Both the position numbers and the translations under genes were made by a program. Shown here one piece after another: positions 39,908 to 51,795 of a stretch of 64,000 nucleotides of DNA. The notes below the pieces were generated by a model. It was not told the origin of the DNA, ran no database searches, and saw only the letters and a list, made by a program, of their open reading frames with translations. The stretch covers positions 73,408,001 to 73,472,000 of the forward strand of contig NC_043004.1 in assembly GCF_006345805.1 (NCBI RefSeq), read 5' to 3'. Within the stretch, counting starts at the first letter, position 1. Each line of letters opens with the position of its first letter. Source of the stretch: Octopus sinensis. Lineage: Eukaryota.

Positions 39908-40277
39908 ATGTATGTCTGTCTGTCTACACATGATTAGAATCTTTTGCAGTAAATGAATGAAAACCACCACCACAACAACAATGATGATGATGTTGATGAT
40001 TTCTTTCAAATTGTATTCCAAACAGAAAGGGGCAAACGGGAATGAATCGGAGATTTCTTAATTAGCATTAATTAATTAGCACTAATTAGCATTAATGGGG
40101 CCGATGTCGACTTCGCCTTTCCTTCTCTCGAGGTCGATGAAGCAAGGTCTCTTTCCGCACATTATAAGCTTTGATAATTGGTTGTTAATTATTGTGGAAG
40201 ATAGTCAACACCCAAGTACCAATGTCAAAATCGTAGCTATTCCCAGTAGAGCAGATTTTGGGCTTACTCCACTGTTA

Positions 40278-40592
40278 TTTATTATTATTATTATTATTAC
40301 TATTATTATTATTATTATATTATTATTATATTATTATTATTATATTATTTTTCAGTAGTTTTATTTTTATAGCGTGCCTACACTTCACTACCGAGCGCAG
40401 CTCTGTGTGCCTTAGGTATGTGCTGTGATTTGTTGTGATGCTCTGATGGTTATTGTATGGAAAGTGTTCTGCATAGGATGTGTGCATTGCCTAGTAGTGC
40501 AATTTTCTGTATGTTATATGTGTTTGTAAGTCCTGGTGTTTTTGTTATGTATTTGTCTGAATATTTTTTTATCATGCCTAATGCACCTACTA

Positions 40593-40593
<1 letters not shown>
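40278..40593 (-). mobile_element. 5'-truncated R4/Dong-like LINE 3' end, same subfamily as 32251
   Basis: IVGALGMIKKYSDKYITKTPGLTNTYNIQKIALLGNAHILCRTLSIQ*, with a UTR and (AAT)n tail near-identical to the 32251 copy. Confidence 0.88.
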
Positions 40594-40677
<84 letters not shown>

Positions 40678-40678
40678 C

Positions 40679-40738
<60 letters not shown>
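40594..40738. repeat. Compound trinucleotide microsatellite (ATT)n(AGT)n(ATT)n
   Basis: Directly visible. Confidence 0.96.
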
Positions 40739-41099
40739 GTGGTGTATTCCACTCTTGCTGTGGGAAGACGTCATTTTTGCTCCTCCTTTTGAAACACATT
40801 TTATTCAAGCATCAAGCATTACCAAATGAAATTTTCTTTGAGCTACTTGAGAACCAAAGGAGGGGCTGCCCTCGGTACCCGGGGATAGAGAACAGAAAAA
40901 TAAAAGATATTTGTTTTATAAACTTATAAAAGATTCTACTTATATACACTACATTTTTCTATGCAAAATACCAAATAAAATTGTCACACGACAAAACCCT
41001 ATGATGTCAAAAATCACAATGGAGTTAAAATACGCAACTAACTGTACAAGAGGGACAAGAAAATGAACAGAAGAGAAAATGTCGCAAATACTCAAAGAA

Positions 41100-42200
41100 G
41101 TTATTTAGAAGACAGTGGCTGTGATTACAGCGAGAGCAGTAGCGATTCTTACACATAGCATCCGTGAGAAGACAAACCTTCCTTCAAAATAAAATGAACA
41201 GATAGAATTTCTAGATTTATCACAGAAAAAAAGAAAAATAAAAACTCTAGAAAAATGGGGTAATTTTGTAAAACCGAACAGCATTTATTTGTTTGCAACA
41301 AAAAATTACTCAGGAGAGGGCAAAGAGATGAAATATATAACCCTCCACACGGAAGCAGGTTAAATTTCTCTTCACATCATGTAGTACAAGAATCTTGCAC
41401 ACACCAGGAGAAATGATCACAATTGTTAAGGCCAAAAGCTACGACACATTCTGCTGTCTCTTCAAATCTGAAGATGCAACTCAAATCAGGCTTAAATTGT
41501 GATAAATCCTTCTGAATATATATTTGTGCCCTAACACATGGGTAAAAAAAAACCTCAGGAATAATGATAACAGACACTGGACATGATGTAGATCTATGGT
41601 TTGTTGTGATTTTGTGTCGTAGCATGGAAAAGTGGCTGAGGAAGGTGACCTGCGAACGAAGATGTCAGAAATGGACTTTCAAGTCCTCATAAACCCCAAT
41701 AGCTGCAGAGCCGTATCAGAAGAAAGAGCTGAGAAAAAGAACATGAGATTGATGATACAAGGTAGATAACCTAGTTGTTAAAAGTTAGTCGAAGTGAAAC
41801 ACAGCTTGAGCCAAATGCCTGGAAGAACCGGGAAGATTTCAATAAAAAGAACAACAATAAGGAACAATTGCAAAAGAACAACAAACGCTAGTTTTCATAT
41901 CCGCCAAAACTCTGGTGATGGCAAAGGAAATATTTTTAGGCCTTTTATCATAAACAGATGAGCTAATATCTAGTCCCCTGACGGTATCAACATGGAGTAC
42001 CACACCTTCATCGTGCGATTTGGAAGAAATAATTACGGGTGGAAGTTTTCAAAGGCTGAGTGAAAACACGAAGGAAACAAAGATGAAAGAATCACAGTAA
42101 AAAAAAAAGACATCATAAAACAACGATAATTGGTGAGGAAGAAACATTTTCTTCCAAACAACGAAATTCTCCCTTAGGAAAATAATGTAGAAAATGAAGA
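41100..42200 (+). mobile_element. Possible heavily decayed ORF1/gag-like retroelement sequence
   Basis: An A-rich, microsatellite-free kilobase with short protein-like stretches (FVKPNSIYLFATKNYSGEGKEMKYITLH; ITIVKAKSYDTFCCLFKSED; NMEYHTFIVRFGR) broken by stops. No diagnostic motif was secured. Confidence 0.3.
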
Positions 42201-42618
42201 TGATGGAATGCCCTAACATAACATACTCAAAAAATGTTTCATCTCTTATTCTATCCTTATAAATAATTGTTTTACTGAATATTTTAAAAATTTGTTACCT
42301 ACAAATATGTGTGTATGCAAGCGCGTACGTATGTATGTATATGCAAAGATGTATGTATGTGTGTATGTGTGTGCGCGCGTGCGTGGTTGGATGGATAGAT
42401 GGATGTCATTGCGACATGGAATGTATTTTACTCATCATACAATTTCCTAATCCCCATCGCTAAGAATTTACCATTAATCTAACTGAGAACACTTCCACGT
42501 ATTCTTTCCACATGCTAGAAAGAATGCAGCTACATTTACTTTAATCAAATCTTTATTATTGCCTTGCAAGAGAGGAAGTACATACTAAACAAAGTCCTCT
42601 TAAAATGCAGTATGTATG

Positions 42619-42920
42619 AGTGACAACCAGACCACTGGTGGTGGCGTAACACGCCATACTAATCATATCTGTCGGGCATGTGGAAGAGAGTGTAATTCGG
42701 GTGGAGGACTTAAACGTCATGCAAAGGTACATGAAGCCCAGATACAACTACAACCGGCTATTACCAGCAAAGGTTTTAGTTGCCAATTCTGTACAAGACA
42801 TTGTAGATCTTTAGCTGGGCTAAAAAGTCACAATCGATCACAGCACCAGTAACAGTTAAGCTTCGTGCAAGAGCCATACTCGATAACGTGAGGGCAGCCA
42901 TAATGTATGTATGTATGTAT
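42619..42920 (+). mobile_element. 5'-truncated LINE 3' end (RTE/RTEX-like) with two C2H2 fingers and an (ATGT)n tail
   Basis: CRAC-x12-HAKVH and CQFC-x12-HNRSQH, then a stop and a short UTR gccatactcgataacgtgagggcagcc, then (ATGT)n. The linker is not TGEKP. Confidence 0.65.
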
Positions 42921-42944
42921 ACCTCTTCTATTTTTTAATTATTA

Positions 42945-43255
42945 TAAATCTTCCACTGAGAAAGGAGCCAGTTTCCAACAACGAATCAAGGATCCATCTT
43001 TGAGATGTAGTTAACACAGACAAAGTCACATGTGGAACTTGAAAAAAGTGTTGCATATTTTTACTGTTCCACTCACAGCTTTCACGTGTAATGTACTAAT
43101 TAGCCGGTCGATTTCTCTTTCTGAAAATCCCAGTTTATTCAGATTCTCCTTTAAGCATTTACTTACAAAACCTAGTGCTCCAATTATTATTGGCATGAAT
43201 ATGAACTCATAGTCTGGATATAGAAGTTAGAGGTTTTGAAGCAGTTGTCCATATA
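42945..43255 (-). mobile_element. R4/Dong-like LINE 3' fragment related to the 55391 copy
   Basis: Minus translation LLYPDYEFIFMPIIIGALGFVSKCLKENLNKLGFSEREIDRLISTLHVKAVSGTVKICNTFFKFHM*. Confidence 0.82.
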
Positions 43256-44206
43256 TATCCTTATGTATGTATGTATGTATGTATGTATGTATGTATGTAT
43301 GTATGTATGTATGTATGTATGTATGTATGTATGTAGATGACAGGATGTTCACTGTTGGAACGATTTTAATTATAGGTATACTTAATCATACATGACCTAG
43401 TGCGAAACAAGAACGACATCATCAGTAACAACAACAATGTGGAATTCCATTCCAGAGTCAGTGCTAACAGTGGGTTTTATAACAACTTCCTGTAATGAAA
43501 TTATATGATTAATGACTGATGAAAAATACACGACAAATACCACAAAAACCTAATGTACACATTCGGTTTCGAGTTAATCAAGTAGGCACATTTAACTGTC
43601 ACGATAAGACAAATGAGTAAAGAGTGAACATGAAAACATACTCATTTACGTTACTCCGGGCTGTCTCCAGGGTCAGAAGAGATAATATATGTATGTATAT
43701 ATATATATATATATATATTATAATATATATACATATATATATATATATATTTAAATCAAAATATTTTGATTTTAATTATAAATTAAAATGTTCTCAAACC
43801 GGCACTAACTACTGCAGTAATTTATTTATGCAGTATTTATCTCCGGTAATTTTGGCGCGCTCGAACGAGGGCATTTGAACATAACTGCGAATATAATAGG
43901 CTGAACTACTCGTGTGTTTGACTTCGTGTTAATATCTGACGTGCAGTTCGACAAATTATATTTATGACGAATCTCACTGAGGATCTGTAGATTTATTGTG
44001 TAAGTAAAATTGCATAATTTATTAACAGTGAAACAATTGTCAGGGGTTAATCGATATTTTTGTTATTCTTCATTTGTCCTGCTCGCTTACGTTCATAGTG
44101 GTGGTAAATTTTTCTTGAGAACAATTCTTAGTGGTTGAGACCATTGCGGATCTATTTTTAGCTTTAGAGCGTCCACATAGTGGATTCTCTATCATATTTG
44201 TGTGTA

Positions 44207-44253
<47 letters not shown>

Positions 44254-44267
44254 TCTTATATATATAT

Positions 44268-44438
44268 AGGCGTAGGAGTGGCTGTGTGTGGTAGTAGCTT
44301 GCTTACCAACCACATGGTTGTGGGTCCAGCCCCACGGCGTGGCACCTGTGTCAAGTGTCTTCTACTACAGCTTCGGGCCGACCAAAGTCTTGTGAGTAGA
44401 TTTGGTAGACGGAAACTGAAAGAAGCCCGTCGTATATA

Positions 44439-44477
<39 letters not shown>

Positions 44478-44718
44478 CTCTTTTACTTGTTTCAGTCATT
44501 TGACTGCGGCCATGCTGGAGCTCCGCCTTTAGTCAAGCAAATCGACCCCGGGGCTTATTCTTTGTAAGCCCAGTACTTATTCTATCGGTCTCTTTTGCCG
44601 AACCGCTAAGTTACGGGGGCATAAACACACCAGCATCGGTTGTCAAGCAATGCTAGGGGGACAAACACAGACACACAAACACATACACACACATACATCA
44701 CACACACACCACACACAC

Positions 44719-44752
<34 letters not shown>

Positions 44753-45245
44753 ATATATTATACATATATATGACAGGCTTCTTTCAGTTTCCATGTGTGT
44801 GTGTGTGCGCGTGTGTATGTATGTGTTTGTGTGTCTGTGATTGTCCCCCCAACATCTCTTGACAACCGATGTTAGTGTGTTTACGTCCCCGTAACTTAGC
44901 GGTTCAGCAAAAGAAACCGATAGAATAAGTACTAGGCTTACAAAGTATAAGTCCTGGGGTCGATTTGCTCGACTAAAGGCGGTGCTCCACCATGGCCGCA
45001 GTCAAATGACTGGAACAAGTAAAAGAGTAAAGAGTGTGTATATATATATAATATATATATATATATACATCTTTTATCTTTTATTTATTTTAGTCATTTT
45101 ACTGCAGCCATGCTGGGGCACCGCTTTGAAGGGTATCAGCTGAACAAATTGAATCCAGGACCTATTTCTTTTAGCCTGGTACTTATTCTATCGGTCTCTT
45201 TTCCGAGTTGCTAAGTTACGGGGACGTATACATACCAACACCGGA
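44268..45245. mobile_element. Cluster of SINE family B pieces in alternating orientation: head(+), tail(-), tail(+), tail(-)
   Basis: 44268-44450(+), 44478-44790(-), 44820-45035(+) and 45070-45245(-). Confidence 0.85.
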
Positions 45246-46382
45246 GAGTCATCAGAGCGTTTAGCGATTCGCCTGCACTTTAATAATTGAATTATATATG
45301 TGATTCATTTTTATAAACAGTCTATAAATATTAGAGATTTGCTTCTAGCGAAGGGATAGTTTTTCCAACGGAGGTACGTATCCTAACAGTCGGTTACTTG
45401 TTTCAAGAAGATGGCCGCTATATAAATTTGTTGCAACAGAAAATTGCTGATATATTTCCACATACAACTATTCCACATCGAAAGTATCGTCCTTAATCTG
45501 ATTGATTTAATTCTGCGAAACCAGTTCGATGGAAAACATTGAATGTGTGATATCGCTTAGAAGCAGTCAGGACAAGGGAGTCAGTCTCTGTCAGACAGAT
45601 TATGGATTAAGCTAATCTACATCCAGAATATATCAATTGGTGATAACAGGTAGGAGTTACCGCGCGTTGAGCAAAGTAACGAAGATTCCATATGCCCGAA
45701 AGTGTTATGTAAATTCTTCCGATATACTTACGTAAATACATACATGGGTATATACATACATTGACACACAAATATGTAGGGATTATAAATGCATGTGTTA
45801 ATACACAATATAACATACATGTATGTACGCACACGTATTCTTATATATATTGTATGCATGGTTACACGTATCCATGTATGTTGTATGCATGCAAGCATAC
45901 ATACATATATATATATACACATATGTATATATATATGATACACGTATGTATATATAATATATATATATAATATATATATATATTATATATATATATATTA
46001 TATATATATATATATATATATGCATACATACATACAGATATAAAATCAAGTTGAGAAAACATAACTAAGTATGAAAGCTCATCGCCAGAAGCATTACTTT
46101 CCCCTTAAAATGTCGTTAAAGTGTTTGATAGTTTACATTCCTTTATTGTGTATAATACGCAGTGATACACGTAATGGCGGCTTGTATGGGTTGTGGAGTT
46201 GCTGTGTTGTTATGGTGGTTGCTTAGCAATGACTTTGGGTGATAGCGGCAGAGATCGGGGTGATGATAGGCAGCATGAAATTGAACGAGTATTCTGTGTT
46301 GTGGTTAGTATGTTTACCGAGTTTTATCTCTTACCTATTTATTAGCAATTTTCTGTTATCACACACACACATATTACATATG

Positions 46383-46427
<45 letters not shown>

Positions 46428-46606
46428 CTTGTATGTATGTAAAGTGCACACACATACGAATTATGCATATATACGTATGTATATATGTATATGCATATGT
46501 GTATTCTTGAAAAGAGATAAGAAAAATTCAAAAAGTCTTTCACTACAGATAAGAGGAAGCATTAAGAAGAGAATAGCATGTTTTTTAATCCTGTCTCTGT
46601 ACGTGT

Positions 46607-46648
<42 letters not shown>

Positions 46649-46747
46649 TGTGTGTGTATGATATGCCTATCTCGTTTAAGCCGCTCAGTTAATAAACGCC
46701 TCTCGTAGATGAACAGAAATTGAAGTCCAGATTCGTGTGCACTATCG

Positions 46748-47175
46748 GGCCACGTCTCCCGCATGTCCGACACTCGCATCCCAAAACAGCTCTTCTACGG
46801 TGAACTCGGCCAGGGCAGGCGCAAAGTCGGAGGGCAGAAAAAGCGCTACAAGGATAGTCTCAAGGTCTCTCTCAAAGACTTCTCCATCGGAACAGAGACC
46901 TGGGAGACACTTGCTGGCAACCGCTCATCCTGGCGCAGCGCAATCACCGTGGGAGCAGGACAGCCGAGGAGGGACGGATTCGGTCAGCGGAGCAGAAACG
47001 TCAGATGCGTAAAGTCAGAGCCGCCTGCACCAGTAGCACTGCCCCTACCCACTTCTGCCCCACCTGTGGGAGGGGCTTCCTTGCCCGGATTGGCCTCACC
47101 AGCCACCTCCGGTCTCATGGCGGCAGTTCCATCAGATGATGTCAGTTGGTCATCTTCGAACCGAAGGACGAACAT
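46748..47175 (+). mobile_element. Young 5'-truncated RTE-clade LINE 3' end
   Basis: GHVSRMSDTRIPKQLFYGELGQGRRKVGGQKKRYKDSLKVSLKDF..TWETLAGNRSSWRSAITVGA, then after one frameshift AEEGRIRSAEQKRQMRK...CPTCGRGFLARIGLTSHLRSH...*. The 3' end is ggtcatcttcgaaccgaaggacgaac followed by a microsatellite. Confidence 0.92.
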
Positions 47176-47232
47176 ATATATATATATGCATATACATACA
47201 TACATACATGCATGCATGCATGCATGCATACA

Positions 47233-47263
<31 letters not shown>

Positions 47264-47371
47264 GCATGTATGCACGAATCTGGACTACAATTCTTGTTCA
47301 TCTACGAGAGGCATTTATTATATGTATATATATATATACATACATATATATGCATATATGTGTGTGTGTGG

Positions 47372-47402
<31 letters not shown>

Positions 47403-47574
47403 CGTGCGTTTGTGTGTATACATATATACGTGTGTGTATTTATGTATAAAAGTACTGGCGCTAGGCAGTTATACAAAGCAACAACTGCGCTAAAGCAATG
47501 ATACGCATTCACTTTTAATTTATTTGCATATTTGACTGCCGTTTTTAAATGAGAAAAAAATCCTATAATGACTT

Positions 47575-47968
47575 CTTTGGCCCCATGAAACGCGTCCCCG
47601 ACCACCTAACTTTGGTTCGGAACACAAATAAACCATTCGGCTCACATTGTGTATCACTTCTGTAGGTTATTTGTAGGAGTGACTCAGTACAATAACGCTA
47701 GGGTGTTTGGAATTTTGTTTATGTTTGTTTGAATTGGATGCCGCTGCACAGTACTAAAGATCCTGTTCTTTCCTTCTACAATAAGGACCCAGTATTGTAA
47801 CAGTTTAGGTTTCATGGGACCACAGTTTTTCAACGCTCTGCCAAACAACCTCAGAGATCTACGAGGTTTCAAAGAACGTTTGGATAAATATATATTTGAC
47901 CTTACAGATGAACCCAATCTGCGGAAGAAAATACAAAGAGCATCACTGTCCAACCCGCTACCTCACCA
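47575..47968 (+). mobile_element. CR1/L2-like LINE 3' relic
   Basis: YCNSLGFMGPQFFNALPNNLRDLRGFKERLDKYIFDLTDEP resembles the CR1-type ..GP.LFN.LP..LR.....FK..LD.FL..VPDEP ending. Confidence 0.72.
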
Positions 47969-47974
47969 GAGACA

Positions 47975-48346
47975 CTTGCTTATCAACCACATGGTTCTGG
48001 GTTCAGTCCCACTGCGTGGTACCTTGGGCAAGTGTCTTCTACTATAGCCTCAGGCCGACCAAAACCTTGTGAGTGGATTTGGTAGACGGAAACTGAAAGA
48101 AGCCCGTCGTATATATGTATATATATATATATATGTATGTGTGTGTTTGTGTGTCTGTGTTTGCCCACCCCCAACATCGCTTGACAACCGATGCTGGTGT
48201 GTTTACGTTCCCGTAACTTAGCGGTTCGGCAAAAGAAACCGATAGAATAAGTACTAGGCTTACAAAGAATGAGTCATGGGGTCAATTTACTCGACTAAAG
48301 GTGGTGCCCCAGCATGGCCGCAGTCAAATTACTGAAACAAGTAAAA
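47975..48346 (+). mobile_element. SINE family B, 5'-truncated
   Basis: Core, (TA)n and tail all match the other copies. Confidence 0.9.
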
Positions 48347-48482
48347 GTGTAAACAAAAAAAAAAACCAAACAAAACCGGGAAGTGTGAAATGAAAAACCA
48401 GTCCCACAAATAGCGGTGCCCCATTCTAACCCCAGCCTCTGGATGAAACCAATAACAAATGATATATAAGATATATATTTTT

Positions 48483-48860
48483 TTAGCTCCATCTTAGCGA
48501 AAGCGGAGGTATTGTTTACAGTCGTGTTTGTCTGTTAGTTTGTCCGTGGACAAGATATCTCAAGAACAGCCGGATGGATTCGGATGAAACTTTCAGGGAT
48601 GTTTGGTCTCATGGCTGGCACGAACTGATTAGATTTTGGGATCGATCCGGTACCAGATAAGGCTTCTGGATTGTTTTTCCTGTTTTTTTTATTTCATTTA
48701 AGTTTTGAGAACGGTCAGATTCAGTTATAGTATTCTCGTTTGTGAGAACAGTCGAGTTTATTTCAGATATTCTCCATTAAAAAATCTTCTCCGGCTAATC
48801 GTTGAGAGGACGTTGGTGTTGCTATGGTGGAGGTTTGCTCTCTCTGAGTGCTCTTGTTTA
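48483..48860 (+). mobile_element. Non-autonomous Helentron-type element (HINE/DINE-1-like)
   Basis: It starts after TT with agctccatcttagcgaaagcggaggt (decayed subTIR/IR). A gtttgtctgttagtttgtcc repeat and ggattcggatgaaactt follow. It ends with 3' subTIR ggtggaggt and a stem-loop gctctctctgagtgc before a T-run. Confidence 0.65.
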
Positions 48861-48881
48861 GTATTTTTTTTTTTCAGTATT

Positions 48882-49090
48882 TTTGGCAGAATCGTTAACA
48901 CGCCGGGCGAAATGCGTAGCCGTATTTCCTCCGCCGTTACGTTTTGAGTTCAAATTCCGCCGAAGTCGACTTTGCCTTTCATTCTTTCGGGGTCGATAAA
49001 TTAAGTAGTAGGGAAATTCTGGGGTCGATGTAATCGACTAGTCTCCTCCCCACAAATTTCAGTCCTTGTTCCTATAGCAGAAAAGATTAT
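48882..49090 (+). mobile_element. SINE family A
   Basis: Family signature. Confidence 0.88.
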
Positions 49091-49890
49091 TTTTGCAGTA
49101 CTCTTATAGGCTTGAGCATACATACTTGTGCACTCGTACGCATGCGCACTCTACCATCGATCTACAGATGTAGAATGAGTTAATGAATTCTCAATACATT
49201 CACATTCCATACAACGATGATACTCCAGTTTATTTTTCGTATTTAATATCATTTGTTACTGGATTATTGAGATGAGGTAACTAGTCTTATTTATATAACC
49301 AAATGCATCTTACTTGATTTTGAATTATGCCTTTATAAAGTGCCAGAGAAAATTCGGTTAAGTGTCTTAGTTTGTTTTTTTCTTTTTCAGAGAAAGTAAA
49401 ATAGTCGTGACCCTTTTCATGTGAAATAGTTTCAGTATGAAATTTTAAAATGTAAATGTGAATGAAAATGTTTGAAATTTGGGTGAGGATTTCTCCAGTT
49501 GGGAGGAAAAGGCTTAGGCGAGTCATGTTTGCGTATAGAAAAGCTCAAATATTTAACAAGTGTTAACGATACTTGGGCACCACGTAATCGCTATGTACAT
49601 GACGAATAGGAAATAGAAACCTGAGGCCGCAAAGGAATATTAACACAAGGCACGCAACTCATTCTTCATACATACATGCATACACATATTCAGGCATATA
49701 TAAATATGTGTGTGTGTATGCGTGTGTTGAAAAATGTATACGTTAGAATTTGTGGCTTGATATGGAAAATAAAAATGTCAGATAAATATGTATGCATCCC
49801 GTAAAATTAATGTATAAATGCTATCTAGCGGGCGGGACTGTACACACACAATATGTATGACAGCTATAAAATACACATTTTATGTACTAT

Positions 49891-50148
49891 AGGCGCAGGA
49901 GTGGCTGTATGGTAAATAGCTTGCTTACCAACCACATGGTTCTGGTTTCAGTCCCACTGCGTGGCAACTTGGGCAAGAGTTTTCTGTTTTAGCCTCGGGC
50001 CGACCAAAGCCTTCTGAATTGATTTGATAGACGGAAACTGAAAGAAGCCCGTCGTATATATATATTATATATATAATATATATATATTATATAATATATA
50101 TTATATTATATATATATATATTATATATATATATATATATACATATTA

Positions 50149-50205
<57 letters not shown>

Positions 50206-50484
50206 CAATAATAATTCTCTAAATGAGATATAGACAGTAACTGCTCCATAACATAAGGGACTAAGCCATCTGAATATGGCTAGGGACAGGGCAGGGTGGT
50301 GGGGGTGTTACTGTTGCATTTAGCCCCAGGCGAACATCAACGTCGCCAGATAGGCTTGACACCATGTGATGGTGTCAAGCCTATCTGGCGACGTTGATGT
50401 TCGCCTGGGGCTAAATGCAACAGTAACACCCCCACCACCCTGCCCTGTCCCTCGCCATATTCAGATGGCTTTAGTCCCTTATGT

Positions 50485-50515
<31 letters not shown>

Positions 50516-50729
50516 GTGTGTGTGTGTTTGTCTCCAACCCCACCATCACTTGACAACCGATGCTGGTGTCTCTACGTCCCCGTAACTTAGCAGTTCGGCA
50601 AAAGTGACCGACAGAATAAGTACTAGGCTTACAAAGAATAAGTTCTGGGGTCGATTTGTTCGACTAACGGTGGTGCTCCAGCATGGCCGCAGTCAAATGA
50701 CTGAAACAAATAAAAGAGTAAAAGAGTAA
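49891..50729 (+). mobile_element. SINE family B, full length, interrupted in its (TA)n tract by the 50206-50487 hairpin insertion
   Basis: Head at 49891-50055 and tail at 50510-50729. Confidence 0.88.
50206..50487. mobile_element. Hairpin insertion: 240-bp palindrome (3-nt loop) plus a 42-nt unpaired terminus
   Basis: Arms at 50248-50365 and 50369-50487 differ by only 1 substitution and 1 indel. The loop is gtg at 50366-50368. Confidence 0.88.
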
Positions 50730-50899
50730 ACGATATATATATATAAAGAGAGAGAGAGAGAGAGGGGGGGAGAGAAAGAGAGAAAGATACACACATACCT
50801 AAAGGCACGGGTGTGTATACGTGTGCATATCTTTATATGTATGTTATATGTAAATGAACTTGCATAGAGATATTTATCTATATGCATATATATGTGCAT

Positions 50900-50936
<37 letters not shown>

Positions 50937-51445
50937 TATATATATATGATTGTGTGCATGCGTGCAGATTTGTATGCGTAAATATCCTCGTGTATCTATA
51001 TATGTGTATGTATATGTGTAAGTACGTGAGTGTATGTAAATACATACACAACAAAACGAGCATCTCAGTATATGGTTGCTGAAATAACTGTTCACATGAT
51101 CTGCCCTCATCTGATAAGGACATTCCTAAATGCACACATGCATTGCATGCGTATTCCAACACATCCAAAACCTATTATGTCACTGGGCTTTTGCAATGAC
51201 GTCATGCAATCACGGTATTTGTCAGACTATTTTATTGATAGGCTACAAACAGTCACTTTCTCCGTTTATTTGATTATCTTGACAATTTGGCACGAAACTT
51301 CGTACTGCTATATTCGTATCTAACAAGAAAGTTGTTCTCTCTCTCTCTCGGTCACACACACACACTAGAATTTTATGTAATATTTGAAAATGTAAGAGAA
51401 AGGAAACGAAGGTAAGAAGGGACGCTGATATTTTAGTATGATGTA

Positions 51446-51690
51446 AAGCAGCGAGCTGGTAGAATCATTAAGCACGCCGGGCAAAAATATTTTGCGGCAT
51501 TTCGTCCCTCTTCACGTTCTGAATTCAAATTGAAATGGCTGCGTGGTAAGAAGCTTGCTTCCCAATCACATGGTTCCGGATTCAGTTCCACTGCATGGCA
51601 CTTTGGGCTAGTGTCTTCTACTATAGCTTTAGGCCGACCAAAGCCTTGTGAGCAGATCTGGAAAACGGAAACTGAAAGAAGCCCGTCGTA
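51446..51690 (+). mobile_element. SINE family A head fused to a SINE family B head
   Basis: aagcagcgagctggtagaatc...gttctgaattcaaattg runs directly into ggctgcgtggtaagaagcttgc...gaaagaagcccgtcg. Confidence 0.75.
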
Positions 51691-51714
51691 TATATGTGTA
51701 TATATATATATATA

Positions 51715-51795
<81 letters not shown>

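Noticed and set aside
42616-42852. Member of the cephalopod C2H2 zinc-finger gene expansion
   Set aside because: Only two fingers, no TGEKP linker, and followed by a retroelement-like UTR and microsatellite tail. Kept only as a TE-derived mini-ORF finding.
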